The position numbers and the translations under genes were made by a program. Under the pieces are notes generated by a model, which saw only the letters and a list, made by a program, of their open reading frames with translations, did no database searches and was not told the origin of the DNA. From the NCBI GenBank assembly GCA_951406725.2, contig OX597819.1, forward strand, positions 16,802,001 to 16,866,000: DNA of 64,000 bases, given 5' to 3'. Position 1 is the first letter of the stretch. Every line of letters starts with the position of its first letter. Source of the stretch: Octopus vulgaris (lineage: Eukaryota). Shown here one piece after another: positions 54,801 through 64,000 of the stretch.

Positions 54801-56622
54801 CATCATATAATATGGATGAAAATATGGCTAAGTCAGTTTCGGATTGAACTGAACGTAGAAAGTATAAAGATGTACGATGCTTGATCAGTCTTTCCACTTA
54901 GTACCCTTTTAATAATAATAATAATAATCATAATCCTTCCGACTATAGGTACAAGGCCAGAAATTGTGGGTGGGAGAGTCTAATCGATTACATCGACCCG
55001 ATACGTAACTGGTACTTATTTCATCGACCCCGAAAGGATGAAAAGCAATGTCGACTTCGGCGGAATTTGAACACAGACAGTAAGGACGGACGAAATGCTG
55101 CTAAGCATTTTGCCCTGCGTGCTAACGGTTCCGGAAGTATGAAAAGCAAGTGATCCTAGCTATGACCTAAACACTGAACTTTTGGTGGGGTTGGAAACCA
55201 GAATGTAAAGTGCTGGTACAATTAGTCCGTGTCAATTATCCGACCCCCAACGATTCAGTGAATCTAAATAGTAATAAAAATAACGTTTTGAATTCCGGTA
55301 AAAGGCCAGCAATTCTAGGAGAGGAGGCCAGTCGCTTACATCGACCCCAGTGCTTGACTGGTACTTTATTTTATCGACTACGGAAAGACGAAAGATAAAG
55401 TTGACCACAAAACACAGAACTAGAAGACTACGGAAAGATGAAGCTGGTTACAAAACAGAGAACCAGAAGAATAAACGCTAGGCGTTTTGCCCGGCGCACT
55501 AACGACTCTGCCTGTTAGCCGCCTTAATAATAATGATGATGATGATGATGATTTCTTTTATTGACTACAAAGTCCTCAAACGTTGCGGATTGTTATAATG
55601 GTGAAATACGAAGGATAAAACAGTGAAAGAAACACAAGAAAGAATTAACATGGAGTAAAAATGTGAGATCAACAATACCAGTAAAGACACATTAATAAAT
55701 AGATAATAATGCTAACAGTATTAAACAAAAATAGGAGCCCATGAAATGGAGATAGGAACAATCACATAAGGTGATTTGGGATTACCATACAACCCCATAT
55801 TACTCCAGTACATTATTAATGTTTTCTTAATTGTCAGTTCTGGTTTAGGCAACAAAGTTTTATATATTTGTTAACGTTGAAGAAAATGGACGACTGTAAT
55901 GCTTCATTACCTTACCCCGCCCAACCAAGAGCCATTAACAATAATAAACGATATACATTTGTAGTGTGAAATGAAACCGGATCATGAAAATACTCCACAT
56001 TATTATTCTTTTCATTTTTTGATATTTCCTTCCTTCTTTTATCCAAGATATAAGAGCTATTTCGTAATAGATAAGCACATATATTGATTTGAATATGTTC
56101 CAGGTGCTTTTTCATTTATCTACCTCACACCCACCGATATAACTGTTTAGGTTTGATTATTCAATGAGAGAGCCTCAACACTGTTGCTCGCCGTGCTTGA
56201 AAATAGAGCGGTTAAATCTCCCTCAAATCCCATTGTACTATCTTATATAAAAAGGAAACGGTACAATACATAATGTAGTGCTAATTGTCTCTAAAAAAAC
56301 GGGATGGTCTCCGTTAAAACCCTTGAGCGCGGTTCTGCTAGGTCAGAGTTGATGTGGAGTTAAACAATAACAACTACTACAACAGTAGTAAAATAACTAA
56401 TAACAACAGCAGTAATAATTATACTATCATTACAACAACAAAATATACAATAACAACACCATTCAACTACGTAACAAGACATTTTAAGTCCAGTTATTTA
56501 CACTTTTCTCCATCACCAACATTAATCCTTTTGAGTAGTAGCAGTGGGAGTAGTGGATAAGATCAACCCTTGAATATGAGAACTACTTTATTATGGGCAC
56601 CAGAAATATATAGATGTTGTGA

Positions 56623-56655
<33 letters not shown>

Positions 56656-57697
56656 CCTGTGCATACATGCGAGCATACATAACATACATACATAACATAC
56701 ATACATAACATACATACATACAACTTTGTCTAGCGCCACCACACTTCGAAATAACGAAAGGTTGAATTCATCTTGATAGACTCTGGGAATACTACAGGAC
56801 TAAGTACTACAGGACATTTTTATCCGATTGTTTGCTGATTTTGACTATCCGAGAAGACATGGACGAAGTATTGTCTTTTGAACTGGCACAGCAAAGCAAC
56901 ATTGTTCGGAAGGAGCTTCATTTAATGAAATTGTCCCTTATTACATGTTTAGAACTGTAACGATCTCAGGATGATGAAAGGTAAAGTGTACCGTATCCAG
57001 ATTTGAACTTATAAACATAGATGGTACCTCTAAATTTCAGCCTGGTGTTTACATAAACAGTAATAATTATGTCGCAGTCATGGTTGTTGTTCTTTAAACC
57101 CATAACAACCTTCTTCGAGCAGGGTTGATCTGAAGTTGAGCTCGGAGGCATTACAGCTATAGTCATCCCATCACTCTATGACTATATTACCTAATGTGTC
57201 TTTTAGTTATAAAAGATGATTGCATGTGCTTTGAGAGAGATTTGGCTGCTGTTTCTAGCATGTCGAACATTTATTACAATTGTAACTCTTTAACCCCAAG
57301 TCATCTCTAATCCAACAAAATTTATGATCAAAGTGTTCCATCTATGACCGTTCTGTGTAATATTCTAAATAATGTAGCCAGCACTCATCTTATCAATTGG
57401 AGCAGCTCTCAATCAGTATGATGCAAGGGGCCAGGTGTGTTAACAAGGGATATCTAGGTACGTCACAAAGAATAACCAAGTGCCTCGCAAGTGGTATCCA
57501 ACAGTGCCGCAGATTTTAAGTCGTTAACAGATCCTTACTTAGCTCGAGTGATTTGAAACACAAGAGTCATAATAATAAGATAAGGTAAGCAATAGTTACT
57601 CTTCCTATTTCTTCCCTAAATTTCAAACTTTAAAACATAACTTATGTAAAATGTCCCTACTAAGTGCTCCAGTGTTTTCATAATTAGTGTGTCATGA

Positions 57698-57753
<56 letters not shown>

Positions 57754-58388
57754 GCCCTATCGTTAGAAGCACTAATCTAATAATGAGCGTGTTTATTTTT
57801 GGCTACTATTTCCAGCAGATCAAGGATCACAGTAGTCAATTCCAGTCACGACCCCCTTGACTATGGTTACATTATCCGATGTATCTTACATTGTTTTAGA
57901 CCAGTCAACGGTAAACTGCGGCCCGCGGAAGTTTCTGAACGGCCCACCTAAACTTCAAGAGGAAATAACGTTTATTAAGATTACCTTGACTGTATTTAGT
58001 AGTTCGGTCCGCCTGACAATGAACCATGCCATGCGACTAGCCTTGTGATTTGTTTGAAGTTTTGGCTGTCATTACTAGCAGGTCAAGCAGCCACGTGTAT
58101 CCCTCTTTTGTTTGCTCGAAGATGATGATGATGGGGGATGGAGTATTTGACCCAGAAAATTACCGGTATTTTTATCGATCACAAGGAAAAGATGAAGGAG
58201 ATAAAATTCATAGTCTAAGATCTGAGTGTGATGTTTAGTGTATGTAGGAGAAGGTTAAGTAGATGTTGCAACGTTCATTCCTTTTCTGAGGGACTTTCTC
58301 ATCAAGTCGCCCCGCGCAGTGATGTTGTTTCGTATGAGATTATAATTCTAAAATGGCCGCCATCACTGTTATAATAATCATAACAACT

Positions 58389-58419
<31 letters not shown>

Positions 58420-58892
58420 CGGTCAACGCCATCTCCAAACTTCAGCCATCATCATCATCATGACCAACACAATCAATATCACCATCGCTACCACCATCAC
58501 CACCAACCACTATCATACTACCACTACTAACACCACAAACAGTATCATCATGATCATCATGATCATCATCATGTCGTTGTCGTCATCATCATTATGATCA
58601 TGATTACTATCATCACATCATCTTCAACAAAATCGTCATCTCCGCCATCATCATCATTATCCTAACCGCTACACTCTTCCTATTTACCATCACCACTACT
58701 CTCCTTACAACTACTACCATCACCATTACACCCATCATAATTACAACCATCACCAGCATTACCACCAGCACCATCATTCTCATTAACATTAGCCTAAAGA
58801 CGAAGCAATTCAATCAAGGCGATTTACTAAATGAAAGTGGACACACCCACCTTACCAGCTGGTTTGTCTCTGAACAGTGGTAATTAACAGAT

Positions 58893-58941
<49 letters not shown>

Positions 58942-59567
58942 GCTACTGCTGCTGCTGCTGCTGCTGCTGCAGTTGCTCCTTCCACTACTGCTGCTGTTGC
59001 TGCTGCTGACGATGATAATTGTGATGATCATGATGACGATGTTGATAATTATAATGATTATGAAGATGATTGTGAGCCAATTAAGTGCGTGTAAGAAACA
59101 GCAGCCAGATTCTCTTTAAAGTACCTAGAATGTTGTAGTTGTCCAGTGTAGGGGCAAAAGTACAGATGGGAAGGTTATGACTGAAACGTATTTGATCATA
59201 GATCTGATTGATTTGGCCTAACCGAGGTTAAACATCATCGCCGTGATAACAACAGCTACACCTACAACTACTTCCACTTGATACAACATGCACTAGTCAA
59301 GAAATATTAACAGAAGGATTAGTCGATTATATCCATCCTAATACTTGACTGGTACTTTATTTATTGACCCCCAAGAGGATGAAAGGTAAAGATGACCTCG
59401 GTCGAGATTTTTGAACGCAGATCGTAAACGTCACAATCAAGTAAATAAATATCGCAAGCTGTTTTGTTCGATGCTCTCTCGATTCCGCCATTCCGCTTTG
59501 CAACAGCATTACTAGTAGTAGTGGTAGTGGTGGCAGTGGTAGTAGTGTTTTCCTACTTAAGTTGAAG

Positions 59568-59605
<38 letters not shown>

Positions 59606-59611
<6 letters not shown>

Positions 59612-59901
59612 GCACCCTTTTCAAGCCTAACCAGGAACATGTGCCCAGTTTCCCGGTTTCTATGGCGTATGTGTTCCCCCCAGCTGGACGGGACGCCAGT
59701 CCATCGCAGCGTTACTCAAGAAACAGGAAGAGAGAGAGAGAGAGAAAGTTGGGGCGAAAGAGTACAACAGGGGGTCGCCACCACCCTCTGCCGGAGCCTC
59801 GTGGAGCTTTAGGTGTTTTCGCTCAATAAACACACACAACGCCCGGTCTGGGAATCGAAACCGCGATCCTCCGACCTTCTAACCACTGGGCCATTGCGCC
59901 T

Positions 59902-59903
<2 letters not shown>
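59606..59903 (-). mobile_element. tRNA-derived SINE with V-domain-like segment, inserted in (TA)n
   Basis: Minus strand has TGGCCCAGTGG, GGTTTCGATTCCC and GCGATGGACTGGCGTCCCGTCCAG. Confidence 0.75.
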
Positions 59904-59946
<43 letters not shown>

Positions 59947-59959
59947 TATATGTACACCC

Positions 59960-60318
59960 CCCCCAAAGGCATAGAACGAACTGGTGACAAAGGATCTTCG
60001 AAAGCTGGGCCTCACTGAGGAAATGAGAAAGGACCGGGAGATATGACGATTTGTTGTACTTGATAAAACGCATCGAGCTAAGTAAAATCGTTGCCTTCCA
60101 CACATACAAACCAGTCCTTTCAGGTGCCGGACCCACATAAAAAGCACCCGTGCCGGTGGTACGGAAAAGGTACTCAGTACACTCTGTTAAGTGGTTGGCA
60201 TTAGGAAAGGCATCCAGCTGTAAAAACCATGCCACAACAGTTGGAGTCTGGCCGGCTCCATATCAAACCGTCCATCCCATACCAGTATAGAAAGCGGACG
60301 TTAAACGATGATGATGAT
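59960..60318 (+). mobile_element. RTE-clade LINE 3' end
   Basis: DLRKLGLTEEMRKDREI..F.VL, then GGCATTAGGAAAGGCATCCAGC and a (GAT)n tail. Confidence 0.65.
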
Positions 60319-60336
60319 AACCTATGTGTCTGTGTA

Positions 60337-60649
60337 GGCGCGTGGCTTCGTGGTTAGGGCATTTGGCTCTCGATCGTAAGGTCGTGAGTTCAATTCCAAG
60401 CCACGCATCGTGTCCTTGAGCAAGACACTCTATTTTACGTTGCTCCAGTTCACTCATCTGGCAAAAATGAGTAGTACCTGTATTTCAAAGGTCCAGCCTT
60501 GTCACTCTCTTTGTTACGCTGAGTCGTTCTAAGAACAATGTTAAGAGTACACGCGACTGTGGAGTGCTCAGTCACTTGCACGTTAATTTCACGAGCAGGC
60601 TTTTCCGTTGGCTCAATTGCAGCTCTCGTCGTCGGATAAGACGGCGGGC

Positions 60650-60650
<1 letters not shown>
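60337..60650 (+). mobile_element. tRNA-derived SINE (third family; fragment also at about 24880-24970)
   Basis: TGGCTTCGTGG, GAGTTCAATTCC, GTGTCCTTGAGCAAGACAC. Confidence 0.75.
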
Positions 60651-60719
<69 letters not shown>

Positions 60720-61131
60720 GTATGTATGTATGTATGTATATATACGCATGTATTTTTAGAGTTTTAGAGTAGGAGACATGACTGTGTGATTTAGAAGTTC
60801 GTATCGCAAATACATAACTCTGGGTTCGATCGTATCCCACTGAGTGGTAGATTGAGCAAGTATCTTAGCGGTAGCATCAGATTGACCCATACTCTATTAA
60901 AATAATTGAATTGTCAGAAACTGTACTGAAGCCCGTCAGATGGTTTGCCTTGTCACACACAGACATTCTGTCACATTGCTTCTGTCTGAGAATTATGTTA
61001 ACGGGGCAGTTGACTAAAATACTCAATCACTTATATGCTACTTCCGGAGCAGGTAAATTAGTTGGTCGACCACCTGAAACTTCTTAGAAGGAAGACAGAT
61101 ACATCGCTCTCTCTCTCTCTCTCTCTCTCTT

Positions 61132-61217
<86 letters not shown>

Positions 61218-61462
61218 GCTCACACATATTGAGTTGTACTTGTTTTATTGATCCCAGAAGATGTAAAGAATACAGTTGTCTTTGAAGGGATTTGACCTCA
61301 GAACATAAAAAGAGGTAATTGAATGCGACAATGCATTTTGTACTACACTGTATTGATTCTACCATAAACGAAAACTTCCTGTTTCCCACAAAGACAGCAA
61401 CAAATATGGGCCAATTTCATCTTTAAATGTTTAGTGTATGTGTATGCATGTGCGTGTGTGTA

Positions 61463-61505
<43 letters not shown>

Positions 61506-61749
61506 TAACTGCTTCTCTATGTATGTATTTATAGCTGTTTTTATATTTGTGTGCATCATTGTGTTCAGCGTTTGCTGCGTGGGTAAATGGCTGGCTATGT
61601 TTGAATATTCAGGGTTATAGGTAGGTTTGTGTATGTTAATTGATGATAGGCTGGGTGTGTGTGTGTGTAAATAGTTATCCACGTGTGTGAGCAGTATGCT
61701 TATAGCTGAATCTAAATCTGTGAATATATGCGCGTGCACACACACGCAT

Positions 61750-61818
<69 letters not shown>

Positions 61819-62155
61819 CACACGAGCGCACATGCTTATATGTGTATAATATGTATATACATAAATAGAAACCTGTTTGAACAGGTGTGTCTGTGCACGT
61901 GTCTGTGTGTGTTAATTTATGTGAGTAGGTGGGTGCGCACGCGCGATTTTTTGGTCCAGTTTCAGCCACCACAGCTCAGGCCATACTGGAGCGCCCTGTG
62001 CTAAGATACAAGAAAACATGGTCTCAGGAAAACACAAGAAAAAGTATTCAAATACCTGTGCATATAAGCACGCGTGTACGCTTATATACATCCACGAACG
62101 TACACAGAAACACGTGTGTGTGTATGTGTGTGTTGTGGCGAATTGTATGTGTATA

Positions 62156-62231
<76 letters not shown>

Positions 62232-62338
62232 CCTGCTCGCTTAGCCAGCGGGGTGGCGTCATTTTAAGGCTGAATCAATGCGAAGCGCATTGTGACCAGC
62301 GATGTGTAGCAACATATGATAGCTGGTCAGTCACGGTG

Positions 62339-62370
<32 letters not shown>

Positions 62371-62734
62371 GTAAGAGATTTTTGTAGCATCCGTTCTGGC
62401 ACTTTGAGTTGTGAGTTCAAGTAGCAACTCGGCTCCTTTAAAATGGTACTCTCATCGCTGTAACATGGACACCACTAAATACATGGTCCTCAGCTATATC
62501 GAGTGAGGATTTCCTCCTGTGGGAGCAACCGGAAACTCAGTGATGGGCGCGTGTGTAGATGGATTCATGTGTGTGTGTATGTGCGTGTGTGTCCGAGTGC
62601 GTGTAGGTATGTATGTTGGTGAGTGTGTGTATGTGCATGTAAAAATATGCATATATAGGTTTGTAAACATATTGTTGATGTGTATATATGTATAAATATA
62701 CATACATTACACACCCACACACAAATACATACAT

Positions 62735-62895
62735 ACAGGCATATATATATATATGTATATATATGTATGTGTATCTATATATATGTATATATATGTATGT
62801 GTATATATATATATATGTGTATATATGTGTATATATATATATATATGTATATATATGTGTATATATGTATTTATATATGTGTATATATATGTGTG

Positions 62896-62927
<32 letters not shown>

Positions 62928-63106
62928 CATGTAAATATATATGTATATATATATATGTATGTATATATATATATATGTATATATATATGAATGTATATAT
63001 ATATGTATGTATATATATATATGTGTGTATATATATGTGTGTGTATATATATATGTATATACATATATGTACATGTATATATGTATATATGTACATGTAT
63101 ATATAC

Positions 63107-63149
<43 letters not shown>

Positions 63150-63391
63150 CATGTGTATATATATGTGTATATATATATATATGTATACATATATGTATAT
63201 ATGTATATATATATATATATATATGTGCATATATATATGTATATATATGTATATATATATATGTATATATATATGTATATATATATGTATGTATGTATAT
63301 ATGTATATATGTATGTATATATGTATATATATATGTATATATATATGTATATATATATATTATATATATGTGCATATACAGCATATATATA

Positions 63392-63460
<69 letters not shown>
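62735..63460. repeat. (TA)n/(TATG)n microsatellite
   Basis: Directly visible. Confidence 0.95.
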
Positions 63461-63462
<2 letters not shown>

Positions 63463-63621
63463 TGTTTATGTGTGTGAATTTTCAGTAGGTTAGAATATAG
63501 GCGGTGTGTGTTTGTACAGTTTGTGTGTGTGTCAGAGAATGTTTGTAAAAGACGAAAATGCGATATTACGTTTGCAGGTCTGTGTCTTACTGTCTTACGC
63601 ATATACAATCATGCACACACA

Positions 63622-63747
<126 letters not shown>

Positions 63748-64000
63748 GCTGGGAACATTGGTTAATAAAATTAGTAAGGTACATTCATTTAAAGTATTTG
63801 CTCTAAGAATGGAATTATAAGAGGATCCTTCATTTGTGTATCCGTATCCATGTTTACGCTCCTTGCTTTATATAACACCGAGTCTGGAACTGATAGTACA
63901 TCATCTCTCTCTCTCTCTATACACACACACACACGTACACACACACAAACCTGTATGCGGGTGTGTGTTTGTGTGTGGTATATTGATGGTAGATTTGGGA

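Noticed and set aside
55912-56115. Minus-strand ORF ending at a GG|GTAAGG donor-like site
   Set aside because: No recognisable homology or clear acceptor; compatible with chance.
57900-57955. hAT-like terminus (CAG..AAACTGCGGCCCGCGG)
   Set aside because: Only one short end, with no partner TIR or TSD found.
58285-58365. NF-kB-like GGGACTTTC and YY1-like AAAATGGCCGCC motifs
   Set aside because: Single short motifs are expected by chance in 64 kb.
58850-58880. Possible 14-nt microexon on the minus strand (TTCAG|AGACAAACCAGCTG|GTAAGG)
   Set aside because: Weak pyrimidine tract, length not a multiple of 3, and untestable without RNA data.

Overview
Eukaryotic, AT-rich, microsatellite-saturated genomic DNA, most likely from an octopus or other coleoid cephalopod (inferred from the SINE, RTE and CR1 repeat families and the (TA)n/(CA)n/(TAA)n load; not verified by search). 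No prokaryotic features are present and no host protein-coding gene can be called with confidence. Almost all ORFs in the track are microsatellite translations. The only intact long CDS is ORF2 (APE endonuclease + RT, 372-3407) of an apparently intact CR1-group LINE, whose ORF1 C-terminus (CCCH finger) runs off the left edge. The rest is a TE landscape: decayed CR1-group copies nested in (TA)n, RTE fragments, an R4/Dong-like RLE fragment in (TAA)n, Helitron pieces, a DD37D Tc1/mariner relic, a hAT MITE with an 8-bp TSD, several SINE families, and Penelope-like remnants. The strongest second-look items are: (1) a correctly phased U-UUU-UUA slippery site plus hairpin linking LINE ORF1 to an ATG-less ORF2; (2) several minimal hammerhead-ribozyme-like motifs with non-canonical cores, in inverted or fold-back Penelope-like LTR fragments; (3) a 250-bp palindrome; (4) a covarying 3' stem-loop shared by LINEs and SINEs; (5) a CRE/CCAAT cluster beside a candidate first exon at about 34.1-34.7 kb; (6) a two-variant higher-order minisatellite at 53.1-54.1 kb. 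No wholly new system can be claimed from the sequence alone.
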